A DNA stretch of 64,000 nt, from the NCBI GenBank assembly GCA_963699165.1, contig OY969413.1, forward strand, positions 404,562-468,561, given 5' to 3'. Of the stretch, positions 8,134 to 17,025 are shown in pieces (the first letter of the stretch is position 1; the number at the start of each line of letters is the position of its first letter). Under the pieces are notes generated by a model that did no database searches, was not told the DNA's origin, and saw only the letters and a program-made list of their open reading frames with translations. The position numbers and the translations under genes were made by a program. The stretch is from Candidatus Kaiserbacteria bacterium (GTDB lineage Bacteria > Patescibacteriota > Minisyncoccia > Phycocordibacterales > Phycocordibacteraceae).

Positions 8134-8510
8134 TAGCTGCCGACCTGAACGCCCGCCTTCGGCAGACCGGTTGACGGCCCAGTATTATTCCCGAAAGAAA
8201 TAGTGCCCGTGAGAATGTTCACGAGACCCCAGATGGAGACCATGACGAAGAACCCGATAAGGCCCCAGAGCATGAGATTCTTCCCCTCCTCGCGCTTATC
8301 TTCTTTGCCGGCTCCCAAAATGAACGTCACGAAGACGCCCCAAAGGAAGACAATGAACGCAATCGCAAAGATAACCGGAACGATTATGTTATTGATGGTA
8401 TTGATAATGAACGAGCCGACATCGGACACGTTGTTAATCTGGGCAAACGAGACGAGCGGCAATGCAAACAACGCGAGCGTACCTGAAGTAAGAGCAAGTG
8501 CTTTTTTCAT
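8133..8510 (-). CDS. Small two-helix membrane protein, paralog 2 (signal peptide MKKALALTSGTLALFALPLVSFA)
   Basis: Internal ATG at 8510 yields a 125-aa protein with a signal peptide plus the family core (IIVPVIFAIAFIVFLWG...LMLWGLIGFFVMVSIWGLVNIL). Confidence 0.55.
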   Translation of the reverse strand: MKKALALTSGTLALFALPLVSFAQINNVSDVGSFIINTINNIIVPVIFAIAFIVFLWGVFVTFILGAGKEDKREEGKNLMLWGLIGFFVMVSIWGLVNILTGTISFGNNTGPSTGLPKAGVQVGS

Positions 8511-8591
8511 AATGAAGATAAGTGGGTAACGGGATAATTGTAACGTCTTTGAAACGTCGGTCAATACACCGACGCACAATATGTGGATATG

Positions 8592-8894
8592 CTACAAAGT
8601 CGGCGGCTTTGGAGCGGTGGTGTTGGCGCTTGATGGAATCAGCGTGCTTTGAGCCATGTTCACCAACCCCCATACGGAAATCATGATAACAAAACCGATT
8701 ATGCCCCAGAGAGCGAATTGATGTCCTTCTTTTCTTTTCGACTCGTCGCCGCCCGAGAAAATATAGGCGCGAGCGATTCCGAACAAAAACATGAGGAATG
8801 CAATCGCGATTATGAGCGGAACAAGGTATGAATTGATGATTGTGATAACGCCGGAAGGACCGGTCGTATAGGATTGAATGAAAGAGAGGTTCAT
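8592..8894 (-). CDS. Small two-helix membrane protein, paralog 3
   Basis: Starts MNLSFIQSY; core LVPLIIAIAFLMFLFG...FALWGIIGFVIMISVWGLVNM. Confidence 0.55.
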   Translation of the reverse strand: MNLSFIQSYTTGPSGVITIINSYLVPLIIAIAFLMFLFGIARAYIFSGGDESKRKEGHQFALWGIIGFVIMISVWGLVNMAQSTLIPSSANTTAPKPPTL

Positions 8895-8907
8895 GGGGAT
8901 TGAAATG

Positions 8908-9312
8908 CTATTGGCACGCGTACATCGGATTCCCGTTTGCGTCGGAGCCGGTTCGCACGCACGAGCCGGTGGCACAGCCGCCGCCGCATCCGGCACCGAC
9001 GCCGGAACTGCTTACGGGACTAAGCGGCAAGGTTACCGACTGTCCCTGCAATCCGAACGTATTCGCGATTACATTCACAAGGCCCCAGAGTGAAATCATA
9101 ACTGCAAAACCGACTATTCCCCACAAAACGAGCCGATGCCCTTCTTCGATTTTTCCGGAATCGCCGCGGGAGAAGATGTATGCCTCCGCGATTCCGTACA
9201 GAAATACCAGGAACGCCGCAGCAAAAATGAGCGGCACTAGTACATAATTAATAATCCAAATAAACTGTTGCGCGATGCAGGCGATACCGACGGACGAGCT
9301 GCAAGTTGGCAT
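8908..9312 (-). CDS. Small two-helix membrane protein, paralog 4, with Cys/Gly-rich C-terminal tail
   Basis: Core LVPLIFAAAFLVFLYG...LVLWGIVGFAVMISLWGLVNV; tail GAGCGGGCATGSCVRTGSDANGNPMYACQ. Confidence 0.55.
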   Translation of the reverse strand: MPTCSSSVGIACIAQQFIWIINYVLVPLIFAAAFLVFLYGIAEAYIFSRGDSGKIEEGHRLVLWGIVGFAVMISLWGLVNVIANTFGLQGQSVTLPLSPVSSSGVGAGCGGGCATGSCVRTGSDANGNPMYACQ

Positions 9313-9329
9313 GGGCTCAGTATATCAAG

Positions 9330-9587
9330 CTATTGCGCCGGGGCGATGCCGAGTGTGGATAAAAGCATATTAACCAATCCCCATACCGAGAGAAGAACGA
9401 CGAGGCCGAGAATGCCCCATAGCGCGAATTGTCTGCCGCTCGCCCGCGCCTTTTCATCATTTCCATGAAGGAAAAAGTAATCCTGAAGACCCCAGATAAA
9501 TGCGGCAAATGCCAACGCAAAAATGACCGGCACGACGACGGTGCTTAAGACGCTCACGACGCTGGTCACAAATTGGGCGAACGTCAT
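9330..9587 (-). CDS. Small two-helix membrane protein, paralog 5
   Basis: Internal start MTFAQFVTSVV; core VVPVIFALAFAAFIWG...FALWGILGLVVLLSVWGLVNM. Confidence 0.55.
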   Translation of the reverse strand: MTFAQFVTSVVSVLSTVVVPVIFALAFAAFIWGLQDYFFLHGNDEKARASGRQFALWGILGLVVLLSVWGLVNMLLSTLGIAPAQ

Positions 9588-9588
9588 G

Positions 9589-10170
9589 TTAACTGCCCGT
9601 CGATAGCGCCTGCGCGGTCGCCTGGATGCCAAGGGCTATTCCCTGCGCGCCAAGCAAAATGAGCGCGCCGATGACCGTCCAGAGAAGCGCGTTTCTTGCT
9701 TGAGACAGCTTTGAGTCATTCCCTTGCGCCGTGACAAAGAGAAAACCGACATACACGAGCATCAAAACGACGATTATTGAACCGATTTGCACGACAAAAC
9801 CGAGAATGCTGGTCAATAACGAATTGAGGGTCGTGCCTGTCCCGAGCGGATTGGTGAGGGTGACAGTCGGAGCGGTATATCCTGATCCGCCTGAACCACC
9901 CGTGTTGCCTGATCCGCTTGAACCACCCGTGTTGCCTGATCCGCTTGAACCACCCGTACCGGATTGCCCACCGGAACCCCCCGTTCCTTGCGATGCGCAA
10001 ATCCCATTTGTGCAAACGCCGGATTCGCAATCAGATCCGAGAGTACACGTTGAACCGTCAGGCGAACCGAACCCTCCGCCCGTTTGTGCAAACACAACCG
10101 CGGGTACCGTATTACCGACGATTGCGAGATTCAAAAGAAAAAAAGATAGGACGACTATTTTTAATTTCAT
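9589..10170 (-). CDS. Paralog 6: signal peptide + Cys-rich + Gly/Ser-repeat N-terminal extension fused to the family two-helix core
   Basis: 193 aa: MKLKIVVLSFFLLNLAIVG..., CTLGSDCESGVCTNGICAS, (GGSSGSGNT)n, then ...VVLMLVYVGFLFV...ALLWTVIGALILLGAQGIALG. Its start overlaps the stop of the upstream solute-binding-like gene (ATGA). Confidence 0.55.
   Translation of the reverse strand: MKLKIVVLSFFLLNLAIVGNTVPAVVFAQTGGGFGSPDGSTCTLGSDCESGVCTNGICASQGTGGSGGQSGTGGSSGSGNTGGSSGSGNTGGSGGSGYTAPTVTLTNPLGTGTTLNSLLTSILGFVVQIGSIIVVLMLVYVGFLFVTAQGNDSKLSQARNALLWTVIGALILLGAQGIALGIQATAQALSTGS
9840..9962 (-). repeat. 27-bp tandem repeat, about three copies, encoding GSSGSGNTG units in paralog 6
   Basis: cctgatccgc(t/c)tgaaccacccgtgttg repeated three times on the plus strand. 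Confidence 0.7.
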
Positions 10171-11471
10171 TGTTGCAGAAGAGAGTTCAACGCGCTCTCG
10201 GCGTTTGCGAGCGCGGCTTGTAATGTTAAGCGTCCGCTTATCACATTTCCAATCATACCCGAGAAAACGGTGTCTATGTCGGTCGGCGCTGGGGACAGCC
10301 AGCCCTTCGCGTAAAGCGCCTCTGTGTATGCGACCGCCGCAGTCGGGTCGGAAGGAGCGGTTGAGAGCTGCGACAACGTGGCTGGCGCAAGACCGGTCGC
10401 GCCCGCTGCCGCGCTTTGTTCGGCCGAATTCGTGAATAGCACGGCGGCTTGATATGCGCCGGAAGCGTTTTTCGCGCCGCGCGGAATCATAAAGGCATAC
10501 AATAGGCCATAAGTGCTCTTTCCCGTCGCGGTCGCGGGCTGCGGCAACGGCGAGACCTGGAAATCAAGATTCGGATTTGCGGCGGCAAAGTACTGCGCTT
10601 CGGAGGCATATCCGATATAGAGCGCGAGGTCGCCGTTAAGAAATGCCTGCTGCGAATCGGGCAGCGAAGAATTCCAAGTGTATGAGACCTTTGACGGATC
10701 GGCGAATTGCGTGTAAAAACCGACGACCGCCTGCCCGGGTGAATTTGCATCGTTTGACGAAATGCCGAGGTCCGCGGAAAGCGCGCCGCCGGAAGAGTAT
10801 GCGGTTACCGGAACGCTCGTCTGCAAAAAGAGCGCCGACAGTATTCCGCGCGCGTCATGCACGTTGTCATAGGTGCCAAGAGCGATAAGCCCGCGCGTAA
10901 TCTGGTGCGACGACGTTAACACCGCAATGGAAGGCACGAGTCCGGTCAGCGATTCCCATGTCGAAGGCGGCGTTGCGATGCCGTTGCTCGAAAGCACGGA
11001 ACGGTTCGAAAAGAGCTCAAGCGGATCGACGAGAAACGGAACGCCGTAATAGCCGGCGCCTCCCGGCACTGCGAACAGATTTCCTTCTTCGATAAACGTG
11101 TTCGTAAAGGCCCGCGCGGGAAGCGTCGCCGTCGGTATCGGCGAAATAAATTTCTCGAGCGGACGCAGCTCCTCCTGCGAGGCGAGTACGAGGTCGGGAG
11201 CATCGCCGGTCGCAATGGCCGCGGCAAGGTCGGCTTGAAGCGTGGCGGGATTTTTCTGCACATAGCTCACGGTTTTTAGGCCTGCTTCGGTCTGCCCGAT
11301 GGTAACGAGAGCGCGCTGAATATCCGTGCTCGGCAGAGTTCCCCATATGAGAACGCTGCCTACGGTGGACGTTCCGGATGTGCTTTTATGCGTTGCGAAC
11401 ACAAAAAGGCCGATGAGCGCGGCAACGCCGAACACGCTGAACAACATTATCTGGAAAATGGAAAGTTTCAT
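10167..11471 (-). CDS. N-terminally anchored extracellular solute-binding-protein-like protein (ABC SBP family-1-like)
   Basis: 434 aa with an N-terminal TM/signal. Motifs reminiscent of SBP_bac_1 (LIWGTLP, GDAPDLV, YGVPFLVDPLELFSN, PSTWESL). Translationally coupled on both sides. Confidence 0.45.
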   Translation of the reverse strand: MKLSIFQIMLFSVFGVAALIGLFVFATHKSTSGTSTVGSVLIWGTLPSTDIQRALVTIGQTEAGLKTVSYVQKNPATLQADLAAAIATGDAPDLVLASQEELRPLEKFISPIPTATLPARAFTNTFIEEGNLFAVPGGAGYYGVPFLVDPLELFSNRSVLSSNGIATPPSTWESLTGLVPSIAVLTSSHQITRGLIALGTYDNVHDARGILSALFLQTSVPVTAYSSGGALSADLGISSNDANSPGQAVVGFYTQFADPSKVSYTWNSSLPDSQQAFLNGDLALYIGYASEAQYFAAANPNLDFQVSPLPQPATATGKSTYGLLYAFMIPRGAKNASGAYQAAVLFTNSAEQSAAAGATGLAPATLSQLSTAPSDPTAAVAYTEALYAKGWLSPAPTDIDTVFSGMIGNVISGRLTLQAALANAESALNSLLQQ

Positions 11472-12004
11472 GGCGAAGTGAAAATGAGGCCGTAATGGTG
11501 CGGACCGGCTCGAAAGGAGCGAACTTTATGGAAACCGCCGTTGATGAAAAACTCCTCCGCTTCGTGCTCGGGAACAACGCGTTTTTGTTCGGGACCCATG
11601 CCTTTGTAACTTCCCGCCCAGTCGACAACCATGAGTTTCCCGCCCGGTTTCAAGACGCGCTTGATTTCGGCGAGCGTGCCGAAACGATTCTCGACCTGGA
11701 AAAGCGTGTTGGCGAGAATGACCGCATCGAGAGACGCATCGCGCAAATGCGTACCGCCCGCCTTCTCGATATCCCCCCAGCGCACGTCGATGATGCGTTG
11801 ATGATGCTCCTGCGTGCCGAGCTTTTGATGTTTTAGTATATCCTCCTGTATGTCGATGGCATACACTTTTCCGCTGGGTCCGACGATGCCGGCCGCCGCG
11901 CGCGCATAATGGCCCGTACCGGCGCCGAAATCGCCGACTTTCATGCCTTCGCGCAAACCGAGTTGCAGGACGTTTTCCTGCGGATTACTAAAGGATGCGG
12001 ACAT
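11468..12004 (-). CDS. Class I SAM-dependent methyltransferase
   Basis: Motif I VGDFGAGTGHYA and post-I acidic residue (YAIDIQED). Internal ATG at 12004; the ORF-track extension is rejected. Confidence 0.7.
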   Translation of the reverse strand: MSASFSNPQENVLQLGLREGMKVGDFGAGTGHYARAAAGIVGPSGKVYAIDIQEDILKHQKLGTQEHHQRIIDVRWGDIEKAGGTHLRDASLDAVILANTLFQVENRFGTLAEIKRVLKPGGKLMVVDWAGSYKGMGPEQKRVVPEHEAEEFFINGGFHKVRSFRAGPHHYGLIFTSP

Positions 12005-12077
12005 GCGTATAAAATAGCATGTGCGGCCCGCTGCGGGCCGCACAATCAACACCGACACGGCTAACGTGAGTTGGCGC

Positions 12078-12302
12078 TTAAGCTGACGGAATCCACCAGA
12101 GCGACGACCGACTGACTCGCTTCCCGCGAACATGCCCTCTTAAAGAAAGCGCGAACAGTAACCAATACACCTCATTGCTGTTCCGACCCAACTGCTTGGC
12201 TATTTCCCGGGTCGTAGCGAAGCCGTCTAGATCCGTCAGCGCATCCATGACATCCTTTTTGCAAGAAATACTCTTTATGATTCTTGTTATGATTCTTGGC
12301 AC
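12078..12302 (-). CDS. Small putative winged-helix/HTH DNA-binding protein
   Basis: 74-aa ORF; TTREIAKQLGRNSNEVYWLLFAL resembles an HTH recognition region. First gene of the minus-strand operon downstream of gyrA. Confidence 0.3.
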   Translation of the reverse strand: MPRIITRIIKSISCKKDVMDALTDLDGFATTREIAKQLGRNSNEVYWLLFALSLRGHVRGKRVSRSSLWWIPSA

Positions 12303-12405
12303 GTCTGTGTCCCCTCCTCGCGATGACCGTTTGTCCGCGACCCCTCAATCAAAAAGACGCGGCATTTCGAATCGAGCCGGTCTACGCCAATCCAATTGGA
12401 ATTTA

Positions 12406-14892
12406 TCACAACGCCACCATCGACGCAATCGAATCGCCCTCGCGCATTTTCATAATGCGCACGCCCTGCGTCACGCGGGACAGCGAAGGGATTTCCGCGA
12501 CCGAAGTGCGAATGACCTGCCCTTTTTTCGAGACGACCACGAGTTCCTCCTCTTTAAGATCGCCCACGACGACCTTTGCTCCGATGATTTCTCCCGTTTT
12601 CGGCGTCACTGCGGCGGTCTTCATGCCGGAGCCGCCGCGCCCTTGAATCTTGTACTCGGACAATTCTGTGCGTTTGCCGTACCCCTTGCTCATGATGATG
12701 AGGAGCGAAGCGTCTTTCGCGTGAATCGCCGGAATCACTTCCGCCGAAACGACGCCGTCGCCTTTCTTGACGCTGATGCCGCGCACGCCGCCTGCGGTGC
12801 GGCCCATCTCGCGAACATCTTCCGCCTCAAAACGAATCGACTGGCCCTTCGAGGTGACGATGGAAACCGTATCGCCTTCCGCGGCAAGATTTGCCGAAAC
12901 GAGGCGGTCTCCCTTTTTCAGATTGATGGCTATGATGCCGGAACGGCGGACATCGGCAAATGCTTTTGCAGCCACGCGCTTCGTCGCACCTTCCTGGGTC
13001 ACAAAGACGATTGAGGAGGCATCGAGCGCCGCGCCCTTCGGCACCGCCAAAATCGATGTGACTTTCTCTTCGCCTGCAAGCGAGAGGAAATTCATGATGC
13101 TCTTGCCCTTGGTTGCACGCCGTCCTTCAGGAATCTCGTACATTTTGAGCTGGTACGCTTTGCCGAAATCGGTAAAGAACAGCAGGTCGCTGTGCGCGCT
13201 CGTCACAAGGAAATGCGTGACGATATCTTCTTCTTTCGTCGCGATATCGACCACTCCCACCCCGCCGCGCTTTTGCACTTTGTATTCGTTTGGGTTGGTG
13301 CGCTTCACGTAGCCGCCCTGCGTGAGAAGCAGCATCGACTCCTCGTCCGGCACAAGGTCTTCGACGGAAATGTTTTGCACGCCGCCGCGGACGATTTTCG
13401 TGCGGCGGTCGTCGCCGTATTTCTCTGCGTATTCCTCAAGCTCTTTCTTTACGACCGCCAAAATCTTTTTCGCGGATGAAAGAATGTCCTTCAATTTTTT
13501 GATGAGCGCCTGTACTTCGGTGAGTTCATCTTCGAGCTTTTTGCGCTCAAGACCGGCGAGTTTGGAGAGGCGCATCTCGAGAATGGCCGAGGCCTGCAAT
13601 TCCGAAAAGCCGAATTTCTTCTGGAGCGCCAAACTGGCGGACGGAATGTCTGCGGCTTTTTTGATAATCGCGATAACTTCGTCGATGTGATCGAGCGCTT
13701 TGCAAAGCCCGAGCAAAATGTGTTCGCGCGCTTCCGCCTGCCGCAAATCGTATTCGGTACGTCGCTTCACGACTTCCTGACGGTGCTTGATGAAATGCTG
13801 CAGCATTCCCTGAAGCGAGAGCATTTCCGGCACGCCGTCGACGAGCGCGAGCATGTTGTAATGGAACGAACTTTCGAGCTCGGTGTGCTTGTAGAGCGCG
13901 TTCAAAACGGCCTGCGGGTGCGCCGTGCCTTTGAGTTCGACGACGATGCGAATGTCCGGACGGCCGTTTGCGTCGCCCGCCGACTCGTCGCGCAAATCGC
14001 GGATGCCTTCGAGTTTCTTTTCCTGCACCAGTTCGGCCATGCGAATGATGAGGTCGCTCTTATTTACGCGGTACGGAATCGACGTGATAATGATCCGCGA
14101 ATCCTTCTTCCCGTCGTCTACGATTTCCGCCTCGCCGCGCACGACGACCGGACCCTTGCCGGAACTGTATGCATGCGCAATGTCGCTTCTATTAAATGCA
14201 ATGCCGCCCATCGGAAAATCGGGGCCTTTCACAAACTCGAGCAAGTCCGCCGTCGTCGCGTTTGGATTTTCAATAAGATGCACGGTTGCGGCCACGATTT
14301 CTCGGAGATTGTGCGGCGGCACGTTGGTCGCCATGCCGACTGCGATGCCGAGCGTCCCGTTCAACAAAAGGTTCGGAAGCGCGGAAGGAAGCACGTTCGG
14401 CTCTTCGCGCGTTCCGTCGTAGTTTGGATTCCATGCGACCGTCTCCTTTTCGAGGTCGGCAAGCAGTGCCTCGGCGATGCGCGACAATTTCGCTTCGGTA
14501 TAACGATAGGCGGCCGGCGAGTCGCCGTCGATGGAACCGAAGTTTCCCTGTCCAAGCACGAGCGGATAGCGGGTGGAAAATTCCTGCGCCATTTTTGTCA
14601 TCGAATCGTACACGGCCGTGTCGCCATGCGGATGGTACTTGCCGAGCACATCGCCGACCACCGTTGCGCTTTTGCGGAATTTTCCGCCGGGCACCAGCCC
14701 CGCCTCTTTCATGGTGTACAAAATGCGTCGATGCACCGGCTTCAGACCGTCGCGGACATCCGGCAACGCCCGGCCCGTAATAACGGTCATTGCGTAGTCG
14801 ATGTACGACTGCCGCATCTCCGAGACAATCGGCTGGTCGATAATATTCGCGGCTACCGGCGGCACGTCGTGCTTTTTGTCTTTCGAAGGCAT
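12406..14892 (-). CDS. gyrA: DNA gyrase subunit A
   Basis: 828 aa; active-site region [32 protein letters not shown] and C-terminal beta-pinwheel repeats with a GyrA-box-like KRGGVGV. Confidence 0.9.
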   Translation of the reverse strand: MPSKDKKHDVPPVAANIIDQPIVSEMRQSYIDYAMTVITGRALPDVRDGLKPVHRRILYTMKEAGLVPGGKFRKSATVVGDVLGKYHPHGDTAVYDSMTKMAQEFSTRYPLVLGQGNFGSIDGDSPAAYRYTEAKLSRIAEALLADLEKETVAWNPNYDGTREEPNVLPSALPNLLLNGTLGIAVGMATNVPPHNLREIVAATVHLIENPNATTADLLEFVKGPDFPMGGIAFNRSDIAHAYSSGKGPVVVRGEAEIVDDGKKDSRIIITSIPYRVNKSDLIIRMAELVQEKKLEGIRDLRDESAGDANGRPDIRIVVELKGTAHPQAVLNALYKHTELESSFHYNMLALVDGVPEMLSLQGMLQHFIKHRQEVVKRRTEYDLRQAEAREHILLGLCKALDHIDEVIAIIKKAADIPSASLALQKKFGFSELQASAILEMRLSKLAGLERKKLEDELTEVQALIKKLKDILSSAKKILAVVKKELEEYAEKYGDDRRTKIVRGGVQNISVEDLVPDEESMLLLTQGGYVKRTNPNEYKVQKRGGVGVVDIATKEEDIVTHFLVTSAHSDLLFFTDFGKAYQLKMYEIPEGRRATKGKSIMNFLSLAGEEKVTSILAVPKGAALDASSIVFVTQEGATKRVAAKAFADVRRSGIIAINLKKGDRLVSANLAAEGDTVSIVTSKGQSIRFEAEDVREMGRTAGGVRGISVKKGDGVVSAEVIPAIHAKDASLLIIMSKGYGKRTELSEYKIQGRGGSGMKTAAVTPKTGEIIGAKVVVGDLKEEELVVVSKKGQVIRTSVAEIPSLSRVTQGVRIMKMREGDSIASMVAL

Positions 14893-15030
14893 GGTGGTTA
14901 GTTTTTGTTAGCGAGCCCCTGCGAGCTTAGAAAAACTTCCACTCTGTTAAATCCCGCAAAGCGGGACATTTGCGTATCAAATTCATTTAACGGGGTTTTG
15001 GATTTCATAATCGCTTCGCTCATTGAAATC

Positions 15031-15378
15031 CTAAAACGGTATCGTCGTTTGTTCCTGCTGCGTTTTGGTCGAAGACGAGGATGTGTCAACGATTTGAATC
15101 TGCGCCGGCGCGCTTGCGCTCGGAACCACCGCTGCCGCGCCCGCGAGGTTGGAAGAATCGGTCTCGGAACTCGTTGTCACGACTGCCGAACCCTCCTGTC
15201 CGGTGCTTTCCGCAAAATTGCTGCTCTTGATTGCAAAACCTCCGAGCGCGAGATTCGTGCCGGCCCAGACAAGCGCAATCAGCGCCGTGACGACGGTCGC
15301 GGTGCCGAACGCCACACCTTTGCGAACGTGATGCGGCTGCTCTCGTATCGTCTCAATATGTTGCGAAATGGTTTTCAT
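15031..15378 (-). CDS. Hypothetical N-terminally anchored Ser/Thr-rich protein
   Basis: 115-aa ORF with one TM (VVTALIALVWAGTNLALGGFAI) and a low-complexity tail. Confidence 0.35.
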   Translation of the reverse strand: MKTISQHIETIREQPHHVRKGVAFGTATVVTALIALVWAGTNLALGGFAIKSSNFAESTGQEGSAVVTTSSETDSSNLAGAAAVVPSASAPAQIQIVDTSSSSTKTQQEQTTIPF

Positions 15379-15383
15379 AGCAA

Positions 15384-16034
15384 TTAGGGTGTTATGACCA
15401 GTATACTCCCATCACGGCCAATCAAGTCCTTTTTCTTCAGCGTGAATTTATCGACTTTTTCGCTCCCGTTTCCGGCGCTTTTCAAAAACGCTTCGAGCGA
15501 TTTCGGCTCGCCGACGCCGCTCCAGTGCATCGGCACGATGATTTTCGGTTCGAGCGACACCGCGAGCTTGTGAGCATCTTCGGGAGATAGCACGCCATCG
15601 CCTCCAACCGGCACGAAGAGCACGTCGATTTCCCCGAGTCCCTCACGAGCTTCTTTTGAAAGTTCTTTGTCGGACAGCGCGCCCAAATGCACGAGCGTCA
15701 TGTCTTCAAGCACGACCGAGTAGACCGTATTCACGGCATCCGTTTTGCCCTTTGGAAGTCCGTATTCGCTTTTCGAAAGAAATCCCTGCACGACCACGCC
15801 CTGCCGCTCGTATTCGCCGGGGCCGGTAATCGCAAACGGAACCTTGTCGCCGAATGTAACTTCCGCGACACCGTTCATGTCGGGATGGTCGCGCGAAACG
15901 AGTGCAATGTCGGCTCCAAAACGAACCGACGGCAAGGTCGCGCCTTTTGCGATTGGGTCGAAAACGAGCGTCAAGTCGCCGAATGTCACTTTGAAACACT
16001 GTCCGCCGTGATGCGTAATAACCATATTGTGCAT
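15384..16034 (-). CDS. Metal-dependent hydrolase, metallo-beta-lactamase fold (UPF0173-like)
   Basis: MVITHHGGQCFKV..., HxDH-like region (SRDHPDMNGV) and VPMHW motif, as in the UPF0173/YtkL family. Confidence 0.7.
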   Translation of the reverse strand: MHNMVITHHGGQCFKVTFGDLTLVFDPIAKGATLPSVRFGADIALVSRDHPDMNGVAEVTFGDKVPFAITGPGEYERQGVVVQGFLSKSEYGLPKGKTDAVNTVYSVVLEDMTLVHLGALSDKELSKEAREGLGEIDVLFVPVGGDGVLSPEDAHKLAVSLEPKIIVPMHWSGVGEPKSLEAFLKSAGNGSEKVDKFTLKKKDLIGRDGSILVITP

Positions 16035-16105
16035 TCATTTTAGCACAAAAGTCGGGCAAGCGATAGCGAATGCGAGGCGCGTTTTTTGGGGCTAAGCTAC
16101 GAAGC

Positions 16106-16133
16106 TTGACATTAGTTCTGTATATGCTAATGT
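16106..16133 (+). promoter_or_regulatory. sigma70-like promoter TTGACA-16-(TGc)TAATGT, extended -10
   Basis: TTGACA at 16106-16111 and TGCTAATGT at 16125-16133, about 95 nt upstream of the 16230 ORF. Confidence 0.4.
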
Positions 16134-16229
16134 TTACAGCGGAACGATGTTCCACCTCATTTGATGAGGCACTTTGCGGAATGACGCGATGCGTTCATTC
16201 CCGTTCTTGGTGATGCCAGGAGAAGTTAC

Positions 16230-16847
16230 ATGTCGAAAATCAGCGCTGGAAATGGTTGCGCCAGCTTCGATCTCCGTGCATATAATAAAATCGAATTCCT
16301 AGGTGCTACGGGTGAAGGAACCTTTCCGCCGACTGCTGTAGGATATGACCGGTTCTGTTTCACTGCACCCGAGGGAGCCGGTGGTACTATCTTTTTCAGA
16401 TTGAATTATACCGAGGAGAGAAAAGGGAGCCAATACGTCGTGTACCGTGTGTACGCGTATCGGTGGCAGTCCGGAAAGCTTCTCGTCGAGTATGATGCGG
16501 TCGACTCCGTGCGTCCTTTTTCCATCTCCAAAGAGCTCGGCATCGTGGTCGGACCCTTCAATGGACGGTACTACTCAACGGAGGCGTCCGAGACGGGCAA
16601 CCACTACTCCCAGAAGGTGGACTGCGTCACGATGATTGCGTTCCTCGGAGGTAAGATCGGTCCAACGGAATTGGAAAATGCTGCGAGGCACGTAGACCTA
16701 GTTCGAAACGTGGACGCGGGTGAACGGGTACGTATCTTGCTCCGCTTGAAAAACCAACGTGCGGAGATCTTCGCGAACCCGCTCGCCGCGCTCTTTTGCG
16801 GGCGCGCGCTTCGGGAACTCTCAGGTTTGATTGCCGAGTTCGAATAG
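16230..16847 (+). CDS. Hypothetical protein (205 aa)
   Basis: Long ORF with coding-like composition; no recognisable motif. Confidence 0.45.
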   Translation: MSKISAGNGCASFDLRAYNKIEFLGATGEGTFPPTAVGYDRFCFTAPEGAGGTIFFRLNYTEERKGSQYVVYRVYAYRWQSGKLLVEYDAVDSVRPFSISKELGIVVGPFNGRYYSTEASETGNHYSQKVDCVTMIAFLGGKIGPTELENAARHVDLVRNVDAGERVRILLRLKNQRAEIFANPLAALFCGRALRELSGLIAEFE

Positions 16848-17025
16848 CAACGAGTCGGCGCAAAATCGAACGGGGGCGGGTACACCAACGGTGTACCCGC
16901 CCATTCCCTTTTTATACCCAATCTGCTATAATGCCTCCCGTTGCGTGCGAAGAAGTAGAGAGGCGTTAACCCTGTTTCGCGAAAGCGGCCAGCACCCTTT
17001 TCGAAAATCCGCACCGCTTATATAT

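Noticed and set aside
7841-8529. Plus-strand ORFs 7841..8203 and 8203..8529; also 9731..10435, which encodes PPVLPDPLEPP repeats
   Set aside because: Antisense shadows of the minus-strand pilin-like array and its tandem repeats. The minus-strand products share a conserved family motif, and the plus-strand products do not.
11468-12133. Upstream 43-codon extension of the methyltransferase ORF and the extension of rpoB to 60293
   Set aside because: The extensions are Arg-rich with no homology. Internal ATGs (12004 and 60155) give canonical N-termini (MSASFSNPQEN...; MQKNLVQKTFG...).
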